Assembly (NCBI RefSeq): GCF_010672695.1
Contig: NZ_JAAHGB010000033.1
Span: forward strand, 7,965-71,964
Origin: Okeania sp. SIO1H4
Lineage (GTDB): Bacteria; Cyanobacteriota; Cyanobacteriia; Cyanobacteriales; Microcoleaceae
Direction: 5' to 3'
DNA length: 64,000 nucleotides
A program made the position numbers and the translations under genes. The stretch's first letter is position 1. Every line of letters begins with the position of its first letter. The notes under the pieces are model-generated. The model had not been told where the DNA came from and did no database searches. It saw nothing but the letters and a program-made list of their open reading frames with translations. Positions 1-8,317 of this stretch are shown here, piece by piece.

Positions 1-464
1 GTAACTTATCTACTCAACCTTATTATCGTTCTGATATAGGAGCTTTTAAAGTTAAAATTTTGACCAATAGTCTCTATCGTGCTTTAGGAGTAAAAATTGA
101 TGGTCAATCTCAAAAATTAACTGAAGAAAATGCAGGTAAACTATTAGCAAAAAGTGAATTAGTGATTGATACTTTTGATAATAGTATTAGTCGGAGTGCT
201 GTGAAAAATTATTGTGCTGATGCTAATATTTTTTGTGTTCATGTAGGGTTAGCTTCTGAATATTCAGAGATAATTTGGAATGAAAATTATCGAGTCCCTT
301 CTCCAGTAAATGATGATATTTGTGATTATCCATTAGCGAGAAATTTAGTAATGTTAACTGTTGCTGTTGCTTGTGAAGTTGTAGTGAATTTTGCAGCGAC
401 AAAACAGCAGGATAATTTTACTGTGACTTTAGGAGATTTTGCTGTTAGGTCTATAGATTTTTAG
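1..464 (+). CDS. E1-like ThiF/MoeB-fold adenylyltransferase domain protein, C-terminal part only (5' end lies outside window; frame open to position 1)
   Basis: Reading frame is open from nt 3 to the stop at 462-464. The translation ...SDIGAFKVKIL...LVIDTFDNSISRSAVKNYCADANIFCVHVGLASEYSEI...CDYPLARNLVMLTVAVACE matches the ThiF/MoeB E1 fold. This includes the inter-domain region of the nucleotide-binding fold and the conserved Cys-containing crossover loop. Confidence 0.5.
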   Translation, partial: NLSTQPYYRSDIGAFKVKILTNSLYRALGVKIDGQSQKLTEENAGKLLAKSELVIDTFDNSISRSAVKNYCADANIFCVHVGLASEYSEIIWNENYRVPSPVNDDICDYPLARNLVMLTVAVACEVVVNFAATKQQDNFTVTLGDFAVRSIDF

Positions 465-517
465 AATTATAAAATTTGCTAACATTTTAATAATTAGGAA
501 TTTACCTAACTTTATAT

Positions 518-2161
518 ATGAATAAAATAGAAATGTTGAATAAAAAGTTAATATTCCCACCTAGAAAAGGAAAAAGTGAAAATGAGGCTTTAGAATGCTC
601 TGAAGCAGTTGTAATTATAGGAGCTAATGGTTCTGGTAAGAGTAGACTTGGTCGTTGGATAGAAGAACACCAAGAAAGTTCTCAAGTGGTTCACAGAATT
701 TCCGCCCAAAGAAATTTAGATTTTTCTGAGTATGTGTCTCTTACAAGTATAGAAAAAGCCAACAATGAGCTATTATTTGGTATAGGTACAATACCTCAAA
801 GCTGGGGAGAATTACAGACAAAGAAAATACAAAGATGGAAAGCTAATCAGAGACCGGAGTTAAGTGTTACACCTATGCTTGATGATTATGATCAAGTGCT
901 TTCTCTTCTTTTTGCAAAAGAAAATAATCGAAATAGTGAATATGTCCATCAAGTAAGAGAAATGCAGAGCGAAGGAAATGATAAATCTCCGAAAATTTAT
1001 GACTCTCCTATTGATGTAATACAGCGTATTTGGAAAGATATTCTACCTCATAGAAAACTTGTGATTGAAAATGATAAGGTTACTGCTGCTATTTCAAATA
1101 GTGATACTTATCATGGTCGAGAAATGAGTGATGGAGAAAGAGTCGCTTTATATTTAATGGCTCAATGTTTATGCGTACCAAATGACTCTATTTTAATTAT
1201 AGATGAACCAGAAATTCATCTTCATAAGTCATTAATGAATAAGCTTTGGTCAGAAATTGAAGCAGCAAAACCTACTTGTCTATTTATTTATATTACCCAC
1301 GATCTTGACTTTGCGGCCTCTAGAATAGGAGCTAAAAAAATATTAGTTAAAAGCTATGACGGTCAACAATGGGATTGGGATGAAGTACCAGAAAGTGAAA
1401 ATTTACCAGAACCAGTGCTTCTTGAAATTTTAGGAAGTAGAAAAAAAATTGTTTTTGTTGAGGGTGATAAAGGCAGCTTAGATTATAAGATTTATTCGGC
1501 AATATATCCAAATTATTTAATAGTGCCTCGTGGAGGTTGTGATAAGGTGATTGAGTCAACAAAAGCAATGCGAGATAATTCAGCATTTCATCACATTAAG
1601 GCTTTTGGTGTTATTGATATGGACTATAGAACTGAATATCAAATAAAAGCTCTCAAAGAATCTGGTATAAAACCTTTGAATGTTGCTGAAATTGAGAATA
1701 TTTTATGTGTACCTGAACTACTAGAAATTGTTGCAAATAATCTAGGATTCAACTATGAGGAAATTTATCAGAAAGTTTTAGATTTTGTCATAGATATAAT
1801 TTCAAAAAACTTAGAAGATCAATGTTCAAAGCGTTCATCTGCTGAGATAGAATTCAAATTAAAGATGTTTAATGCAAAGGCTAAGGGAAAAGACGAATTA
1901 TCTGTAGCCTTAAAGGATCTTTGTGATTCCATTAATATCAGCGAAATTTATGATAAAAACTTGAAAATATATAATCAAATAATTCAAGAAAAAGATTATA
2001 AAAAAGCATTATTGTATTACAATAACAAAGGATTATCAAAACTAATTTCAAAGTTTTTTGATGTGCGTGATTATAGTAATCATATTATTAGGCTTTTATC
2101 TACTGAAAATAGGGAAAAAATTATCTCAGTTTTAAAAGAATATGCTCCAATACTAGATTAG
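518..2161 (+). CDS. Fused ABC-type ATPase + Toprim/DUF4435-like nuclease (OLD-family / PARIS AriAB-like / Gabija GajA-like)
   Basis: Walker A GANGSGKS, Q-loop SAQRN, ABC signature-like MSDGER, Walker B ILIIDEPEIHLH and H-loop YITHD are all present. The C-terminal half carries the Toprim hallmarks VFVEGD ... GVIDMDY (a conserved E, then DxD). The start sits 53 nt downstream of the E1-like ORF on the same strand. Confidence 0.6.
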   Translation: MNKIEMLNKKLIFPPRKGKSENEALECSEAVVIIGANGSGKSRLGRWIEEHQESSQVVHRISAQRNLDFSEYVSLTSIEKANNELLFGIGTIPQSWGELQTKKIQRWKANQRPELSVTPMLDDYDQVLSLLFAKENNRNSEYVHQVREMQSEGNDKSPKIYDSPIDVIQRIWKDILPHRKLVIENDKVTAAISNSDTYHGREMSDGERVALYLMAQCLCVPNDSILIIDEPEIHLHKSLMNKLWSEIEAAKPTCLFIYITHDLDFAASRIGAKKILVKSYDGQQWDWDEVPESENLPEPVLLEILGSRKKIVFVEGDKGSLDYKIYSAIYPNYLIVPRGGCDKVIESTKAMRDNSAFHHIKAFGVIDMDYRTEYQIKALKESGIKPLNVAEIENILCVPELLEIVANNLGFNYEEIYQKVLDFVIDIISKNLEDQCSKRSSAEIEFKLKMFNAKAKGKDELSVALKDLCDSINISEIYDKNLKIYNQIIQEKDYKKALLYYNNKGLSKLISKFFDVRDYSNHIIRLLSTENREKIISVLKEYAPILD

Positions 2162-2331
2162 ACATCAAACAGAAGTAAATAATTAGATATCTCCAAAATA
2201 AACTCAAAAAAGATATCGTAGTAATTCAGTCCTGTCATCGTAAAATCTAATGTAGAAAAGCAATCCCAAAAACTATTGGAGATTACTTTCCTATGGCAGT
2301 GATTTTATACTAAGTTATCAGTCAAATTTGA

Positions 2332-2433
2332 TATATAGCAGTCGAAGGAAAAGTTAGAACAGATAAAAAGCTTAAAACTCAAACAAAGCAATATTCTTCC
2401 TTCTTCCCTCTTCCTTCTTCCTTCTTGCTTCAA
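2332..2433. repeat. Copy 1 of a ~100-nt dispersed element (TATAGCAGTCGAAGGAAAGG...AAAACTCAGACAAAGCAATATT + CTTCCTT heptamers) lying just 3' of the minus-strand rubrerythrin stop
   Basis: Near-identical sequence at 46093-46183, 47581-47685 and 61143-61262. Each copy lies immediately downstream of a minus-strand gene. Confidence 0.7.
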
Positions 2434-2445
2434 CAAAAAAAACAC

Positions 2446-3159
2446 TTAAGCAGCAACCGCTTCTTCATAAGGAACAAAAGATTTCTTCTGCGCTCCACAA
2501 ATAGGGCAAGACCAATCTTCAGGAATATCTTCAAATGCTGTACCAGGAGCAATACCAGAGTCAGGGTCGCCAACAACTGGATCGTAAATCATCGAACATA
2601 CCCGACAGATCCATTTACGGGTTGCAGTTTCCTTTCCAGCAGCTTTTTGTTTCGGTGCAACCCCATTCAAACCTTCGAGAGCTTCCGTATATTGATCCGC
2701 GTGGTGATGCTCAATGCTAGTCAATAAACCAAATTTATGAGTTGCTTGACGGAACATGGAAGCGTGTTCGCGAGACTCTTCCTCTTGCTCCTTAAATTCT
2801 GCTGCTGCGGCACTATCGCGGTCTACCCGTGCTTGCTCGGCAAATTCTGGGTACATAGTTGTATATTCGTAGGTCTCTCCTTCAATTGCTAACTCTAAAC
2901 AACGAGAAGCGATCGCTTTTTTCTGCTCTTCAGTCAAAGTAGATGGGTCGTCTACTACTAACTCTGGGTGAAGTAGGCGAAAGTGAGAAAAGGCGTGTTG
3001 AGTTTCTTGGTTAGCTGTTTCCCGGAAAAGTTTGGCTAAATCTGCCATGCCCAATTTCTTGGTTACTTCGGCAAAGAAAAGGTATTTACGGTTAGCCATT
3101 GATTCTCCTCCAAAAGCATCAGACAAGTTTTTGGCGGTGTTAGAGTTGGACAAGTCCAT
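2446..3159 (-). CDS. rbr: Rubrerythrin (ferritin-like diiron domain + C-terminal rubredoxin-like CxxC...CxxC domain)
   Basis: C-terminal [10 protein letters not shown]...CPICGAQK rubredoxin motif and N-terminal diiron helices ([19 protein letters not shown], ExxH-type ligands). 237 aa. Confidence 0.85.
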   Translation of the reverse strand: MDLSNSNTAKNLSDAFGGESMANRKYLFFAEVTKKLGMADLAKLFRETANQETQHAFSHFRLLHPELVVDDPSTLTEEQKKAIASRCLELAIEGETYEYTTMYPEFAEQARVDRDSAAAAEFKEQEEESREHASMFRQATHKFGLLTSIEHHHADQYTEALEGLNGVAPKQKAAGKETATRKWICRVCSMIYDPVVGDPDSGIAPGTAFEDIPEDWSCPICGAQKKSFVPYEEAVAA

Positions 3160-3197
3160 GATGTTCTCCTGAATTCTTTCTTTTACTCTGTTATATC

Positions 3198-3212
3198 TAA
3201 GAATAATTCTTA
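3198..3212. promoter_or_regulatory. Perfect 7-1-7 inverted repeat TAAGAATAATTCTTA in the divergent rbr / fur-family intergenic region; candidate Fur/PerR-type operator
   Basis: Read directly from the sequence. It is an AT-rich palindrome like the PerR/Fur box class and sits between divergently transcribed rubrerythrin and Fur-family genes. Confidence 0.4.
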
Positions 3213-3318
3213 TTTAATAAAATGTCAAGGAAAAGATTAATTTTAAATTAACAACCAATATTTGTTGAGATGTGTTATAATCTGAAGTTGGTATAAAATC
3301 TATTAATAAGCCTAAATA

Positions 3319-3753
3319 ATGAACAGTAACTATACTGCAACAAATATTAAGAAAGAAATGCAATCTAAAGGACTGAGAATCACTCCTCAGCGGTTTGCAG
3401 TTTACGCTAATCTTTTATCTCGTTCAGACCATCCGACAGTAGAGGAGATACTGAGTGAAGTCAACCGTGAGTTACCAATTTCTTCCAAGGCAACTATTTA
3501 TAGCGCCTTAACAGTGTTACGAGAAGTAGGGTTAGTTAAGGAAGTATTGTTGGAAGAGGGAGTAACTCGTTATGACGCTAACGTTAAACCTCATCATCAT
3601 TTTTGCTGTCAAAAGTGTGGCGCGATCATTGATATCGACTGGGAAACTTTTAGTAATTTGCAAATGGATCGTTTACCACCAGGAATTTATCCTGAAAGTT
3701 ATGAGGTTATTCTTAGGGGTACGTGCAGTCGTGAAAGTTGTAATAAAGCATAG
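3319..3753 (+). CDS. Fur-family metalloregulator (PerR/FurC-like)
   Basis: N-terminal winged-helix region (RITPQRFAVYANLL...HPTVEEIL), an HHHF metal site and CxxC...CxxC structural Zn site. Divergent from rubrerythrin, as in peroxide regulons. Confidence 0.8.
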   Translation: MNSNYTATNIKKEMQSKGLRITPQRFAVYANLLSRSDHPTVEEILSEVNRELPISSKATIYSALTVLREVGLVKEVLLEEGVTRYDANVKPHHHFCCQKCGAIIDIDWETFSNLQMDRLPPGIYPESYEVILRGTCSRESCNKA

Positions 3754-4075
3754 GCATTGAAGAAGGAAGAAGGAAGAAGAAAGAAGGAAGAAGGAAGAAA
3801 GAGGAGATACTAAAAAGTTGACAACCCTCGAATGATACCCAACCAATTCTAGATACCGTGGGTGAGGTTGGGGTATTAAACCCATCAGGGAAAAGATAAA
3901 TTTGATAGTGCGAGCATCTTGCTCGCGAATATTTTAGTATCGCTAAAAAAGAAGGAAGAAGAAAGAAGGAAGAAGGAAGAAGGAAGAAAGAATAAGAGAA
4001 AAGTGGATGGGGATACTAAAAAGTTGCCACGACTCTCGATCACTCCCCAACCAATTGTTCCTTCTGCCTTCGTTT
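3754..4075. repeat. Composite repeat: (GAAGGAA)-type heptamer arrays (3754-3800, 3951-3993) flanking duplicated GATACTAAAAAGTTG...CCAACCAATT units and a GGGGTATTAAACCCATCAGGGAAAAGATAAATTT core
   Basis: The same core is at 12016-12048, 27617-27650 and 42100-42135. Heptamer arrays appear in inverted orientation (GGCAGAA...TTCTGCC), giving a foldback architecture. Confidence 0.7.
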
Positions 4076-4123
4076 ATGATATTCTTTTTGTTAATTACTA
4101 TTGCCAATTATTAGAATTACCCT

Positions 4124-4510
4124 ATGAAAATCAAAAGCTTCAATCACGTTGCAATTATTTGCTCTAATTATGAAAAATCAAAACATTTTTATGTGAATAT
4201 TTTAGGATTTGAAATTATTCAAGAAACTTGGAGAAAAGCACGCAATTCTTATAAGTTAGATTTACTTGTAGGAAATGGCGATCGCATTGAATTATTTTCA
4301 TTTCCCAACCCTCCAAAAAGATTAACTCGTCCAGAAGCTTGTGGTTTGAGACATTTAGCTTTAGAAGTAGATAATATTGATGAATCTGTCGATTATTTGA
4401 AATCTCACAATATAGAAGTAGAAAATATTAGAATTGATGAAATAACTAGCAAACGTTTTACTTTCTTTCCCGACCCAGATGGGTTGCCTCTGGAAATTTA
4501 TGAAAGTTGA
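4124..4510 (+). CDS. VOC/glyoxalase-bleomycin resistance family protein
   Basis: 128 aa. HVAI...FY...LGF N-terminal VOC motif and a second beta-alpha-beta-beta-beta module (GLRHLALEVDNIDE). Confidence 0.6.
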   Translation: MKIKSFNHVAIICSNYEKSKHFYVNILGFEIIQETWRKARNSYKLDLLVGNGDRIELFSFPNPPKRLTRPEACGLRHLALEVDNIDESVDYLKSHNIEVENIRIDEITSKRFTFFPDPDGLPLEIYES

Positions 4511-4675
4511 AAAAGGCGATTAATAATTAATAATTCATAATTAATAATTGCCTCTTATTTTCAAGTAGAAATAATTATTGATGGTTTACTTCCCCTCCTG
4601 GGAGTTGCTATGGGAACATTGCATGCAACGTCCCTACTGCCACTCAAGAAGGAGTTTGAGTACCCATCCATTTTT

Positions 4676-4790
4676 TCCTTGCTTCCTTCTTCCTTGCTTC
4701 CTTCTTCTTTGCTTCCTTCTTCCTTCTTCCTTCTTCCTTCTGACTTCTTCCTTCTGACTTCTTTCTTCTTCCTTCAAATAAATGCTAGGA
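4676..4790. repeat. Heptanucleotide tandem repeat array (TTCCTTC / TTGCTTC variants)
   Basis: Visible direct tandem heptamers between the VOC gene and the TPR gene. Confidence 0.8.
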
Positions 4791-4820
4791 TTGTTCATAA
4801 AACAATTAATTTAGAGTGTA

Positions 4821-6086
4821 ATGGAACAAGAAATCTATAAGCAAGCAGTAGCAAAATCTCGTGCTAAAGACTATGAGGCAGCAATTCAATATTTTAGTAG
4901 AGTTATAGAAATTAATCCTAATTTTGCTGAAGCTTATTATGGCCGAGGTTTAGCAAAGTTTGATTTAGGAAACAACAAAGAAGCCATTGTTGATTATACT
5001 CAAGCTTTAGCAATTAATCCTAATTATATAGATGCTTATTTAGCTCGTGGTATTGCTAAGTTGGCAGTAAAAGATATTTCGGAAACTATTGCAGATGCAA
5101 ATCAAATAATTGCTATTAATAATAACTATGCTCCGGCATATAAATTGTTGGGTAATGCTTATCGTCAACAACATAATCAAGCAGATGCCATAGATAATTT
5201 TAAGCGAGGAGCAGAATTGTATTTAGAACAGAAAGATGTAGTTAATTGTCGGAAATGTTTGGATAATATTAAGCAAATACAATCTGTATCTACTACTGCT
5301 GTAAAAGTTGAAAATAATCTCCAAAAAGGTGATAGTAAAACATTTTTAAATAAGATTTTAAGAAAATTTGAAAAAGGCGATCGCCAGGGAGTAATAGCAG
5401 ATTTAAACTGGGCTTTACAAGTAGACCCAGAAGATTCTCAAGCCTATTGTTGTCGGGGAATTATTCGTTATAAACAAGGGGAGAATTTAGGTGCAATATC
5501 AGATTTTAATCAAGCTTTGCAATTTAACGACCGAGATATTTTAGCTTATCAAAATCGAGGGATAATTCGCAGTAAAATGGGAGATTTTAAAGGAGCGATC
5601 GCTGACCTTGATGCAGCTTTAAAAATTGAACCGAATAATTCGCTTATTTATGTAAGTCGGGGAAATACTTATCGGGATATGGGAGCATATCAAGAGGCAA
5701 TAAAAGATTATGAACAAGCATTAAAAATTAACCCTAATGAAGCCAAAGCTTTTTATCATCGAGGCATTGTTTATTTCCGTTTAGAAGAAATGAAAAAAGC
5801 CATAGATGATTATCAGAATGCTGCTAAATTATTCGGGGATGCTGAAGATTGGAATAACTATAAAAAAACCTTAGATGACTTGAAGAAAATTCACGGAACT
5901 GTTCCTAGTCAAAATCAGAACCTTAACGAAGATAATCAATATAAACAACTACAACAAAAACTTTTAAAAATGGTTGGTGGGCATTGGGAAATGGCAGAAA
6001 GATTAATCGCAAAAGTTCGAGAAAAATATCCTGGAAGGGATAAGATTTGGTATTTGGAAAAAGTTATATCTGATTATCAACAATAG
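4821..6086 (+). CDS. TPR-repeat protein
   Basis: At least 8 canonical 34-aa TPR units (AxxYxxRGxAKxxLGxxxEAIxDYxxALxINPN...). Confidence 0.8.
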   Translation: MEQEIYKQAVAKSRAKDYEAAIQYFSRVIEINPNFAEAYYGRGLAKFDLGNNKEAIVDYTQALAINPNYIDAYLARGIAKLAVKDISETIADANQIIAINNNYAPAYKLLGNAYRQQHNQADAIDNFKRGAELYLEQKDVVNCRKCLDNIKQIQSVSTTAVKVENNLQKGDSKTFLNKILRKFEKGDRQGVIADLNWALQVDPEDSQAYCCRGIIRYKQGENLGAISDFNQALQFNDRDILAYQNRGIIRSKMGDFKGAIADLDAALKIEPNNSLIYVSRGNTYRDMGAYQEAIKDYEQALKINPNEAKAFYHRGIVYFRLEEMKKAIDDYQNAAKLFGDAEDWNNYKKTLDDLKKIHGTVPSQNQNLNEDNQYKQLQQKLLKMVGGHWEMAERLIAKVREKYPGRDKIWYLEKVISDYQQ

Positions 6087-6159
6087 TCATTTCAGTTATC
6101 AGTTATCAGTTATCAGTACCTCTAAAACTCAACTTCCCCCTTCTTCGCTCCTCCTTCTA

Positions 6160-6720
6160 CTATAAATTCAACCTAAAACCAGGCAATAAATTTTCACCCG
6201 ATAATTCAGTTGGAAGATTTCTTACTTCCACATCCTTTGCCAAACGATAAATTTCTACTTGTTGCTGCTGAGGATTAATTAACCATCCTAAATTTACTCC
6301 AGCATCCATATATTCTTGCATTTTGTCGCGCAACATTTCCAAATCATCTGTTCCTGACCTTAATTCAATTACAAAATCCGGTGCAATGGGAGGAAACTTG
6401 CGCCGTTGTTCAGGTGTTAATGCTTCCCAACGTTCCCGTTTTATCCAAGCAACATCTGGGGAACGGTTAGCACCATTTGGCAACTTAAAAACAGTAGATG
6501 AACTGAAAGTAAAACCAAGTTTTGTTTGCCGATTCCAGATGCCCAAATCAATAATTAATTCAGCTTCTCGATTACCACTATCCCCACCAACTGGTGGCAT
6601 AATAATTAATACTCCTTTAGCCGTTATTTCAAAGTTAAAATCGCAGTTATTTTGACATAACTGATAGAATTGTTCGTCTGTGAGATTAACAGTATCTAAA
6701 TTTAATGTCAAAGTACTCAT
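6160..6720 (-). CDS. Uma2-family (DUF820) putative restriction-endonuclease-like protein
   Basis: The MSTLTLNLDTVNLTDEQFYQL... start is the typical Uma2 N-terminus, and the PD-(D/E)xK-like core is present. The ORF track extends to 6825, but the conserved start is the internal ATG at 6718-6720. Confidence 0.65.
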   Translation of the reverse strand: MSTLTLNLDTVNLTDEQFYQLCQNNCDFNFEITAKGVLIIMPPVGGDSGNREAELIIDLGIWNRQTKLGFTFSSSTVFKLPNGANRSPDVAWIKRERWEALTPEQRRKFPPIAPDFVIELRSGTDDLEMLRDKMQEYMDAGVNLGWLINPQQQQVEIYRLAKDVEVRNLPTELSGENLLPGFRLNL

Positions 6721-6906
6721 AATTTTATACTTATTTAGAATTTTTATAAATATTATATGAGGAACTTTCCTACGGAATGCTACGCAAATGTTATCAGCTT
6801 GTAGGGGCGAATGGCATTCGCCCATACTTGAGTTTAAATCTCCTTCTAAAAGTTTACTGCTGAAAGCTGAAAGCTGAGTGCTGAAATGCTGACAGCTTTT
6901 TTAAAA

Positions 6907-7773
6907 TTAGCCAATTTCCGCAGTCATACTAATAACTGTTTCCACAGTTTTACCAGGTTCAGCAATTAATAAACTTTCCCCAGTATTCATAGCATTACGA
7001 GGTGCAGTCCAAGGTTCTAAACAATAAAAATCTTTACCTTTGACAGTCCAAAAAACTAGAGTAGAGTAATTACTATCGTAGTTAATAGTTAACTTCAAAT
7101 TACGACTTTTATCAGTAACTACTGCTGATTGTTTTGACAAATTAACAAACGCCCAATCAATTTCTTCGGCATTAAAATCAAACTCTCCAGAAAAAGTATT
7201 AACAGTTTGTTCGCCCTTAAGTTTATACTCATTTGAAGGTAAATCAAACTCTAATTGACTCTTATCAGTTACAGCAAAATAAGGATGAATTCCTGTAGCA
7301 AATGGCATAGGTTTCTGAGACAAATTCGTGTGAGAATATCGCATCTCTAGAGTATTACCCCGCAATATATATGTATAATTCAACTCAAAATTAAATGGAT
7401 ATACTGCCCGAGTTTCATCACTGCTGCGGAGAGTCACAGTAATACTTGCGCCATTCTCGGTAGACTGTTGTGTAACTTCCCAAGGGAGGGTACGAGCAAA
7501 ACCATGTTGCTTGATTTTGTAGCTTTCTCCATCTAACGTATAGGTATCGTCAACCACGTTGCCACAAATAGGGAACAGTAAAGGAATACCACCGCGTACC
7601 GAAAGAGTGGGGTCAGCAAAACGTTCCTTATCAAGATAAAATATTTTTTGGTCTTGAGTACGCCAGTCAGTAATGATGCCACCTCGTTCGGGAACAACAA
7701 CTACCATAGACTGAGTAGTTTCATCAGAAAGGATATAGGGTTGATTTTGATTTTGTCCAACATTAGCAGGCAT
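6907..7773 (-). CDS. Aldose 1-epimerase / D-hexose-6-phosphate mutarotase family protein
   Basis: 288 aa. Mutarotase-like beta-sandwich motifs (GGIPLLFPICGN, HGFAR, YSHTNLS...HPYF). Confidence 0.5.
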   Translation of the reverse strand: MPANVGQNQNQPYILSDETTQSMVVVVPERGGIITDWRTQDQKIFYLDKERFADPTLSVRGGIPLLFPICGNVVDDTYTLDGESYKIKQHGFARTLPWEVTQQSTENGASITVTLRSSDETRAVYPFNFELNYTYILRGNTLEMRYSHTNLSQKPMPFATGIHPYFAVTDKSQLEFDLPSNEYKLKGEQTVNTFSGEFDFNAEEIDWAFVNLSKQSAVVTDKSRNLKLTINYDSNYSTLVFWTVKGKDFYCLEPWTAPRNAMNTGESLLIAEPGKTVETVISMTAEIG

Positions 7774-8317
7774 AGATAATTTACCTAAAACAACTGCTAT
7801 TAAATTCTCATAGAATAGTCTGAAAAACTATTCATTTTGGACATAATACGAATTTGATAAACGTTTGCTACAAATATCTAGGGGATTTTTTAGGAGTCAG
7901 GAGTCAGGAGGCACGGAAGGAAGAGAATTTAGAAAGATTTGGCAATGGCGCTGAGGATGGAACATTTTTTTATACCGAACCCGAGCGGATTTTATATAAA
8001 ATATTGCTTAAACCTTTAACCATATCATTTAAGTGAACTGAAAACAAGTCTAAACTTAGTGCTACTAATATCAGTTACCAACATCAAAAAATTAGGTAGT
8101 GCATAAGTTCTGAACTTAAGGAAATATATCTAGCGATCGCAGGACTTATACAATAGACATCTGGTGATCATCAAAAATAAAATCAATTATTGCATATAAA
8201 TTATCAATTATTTCCCCCTACTCCCTACTTCCTACTCCCTCTTTTCCGGAGATAACTAATATATGAGGTCTAAACACTAAATATATAAAACGTTATAGTT
8301 TTGATTGACTATATCAA

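Noticed and set aside
1347-1586. Antisense or internal ORFs inside well-supported genes
   Set aside because: These lie wholly within or antisense to the stronger genes and have no motifs. They are 1347..1586, 2425..2727, 2535..2720, 6323..6655, 10844..11098, 14202..14444, 15465..15671, 15891..16073, 20367..20564, 23181..23747 (three), 26357..26602, 27378..27707, 34632..34917, 35134..35860, 43044..43864 (three), 44888..45115, 51135..51317, 57025..57285, 57502..57708 and 60581..60802. Separately, 61759..62193 is a repeat-driven antisense ORF within the OmpA-like gene.
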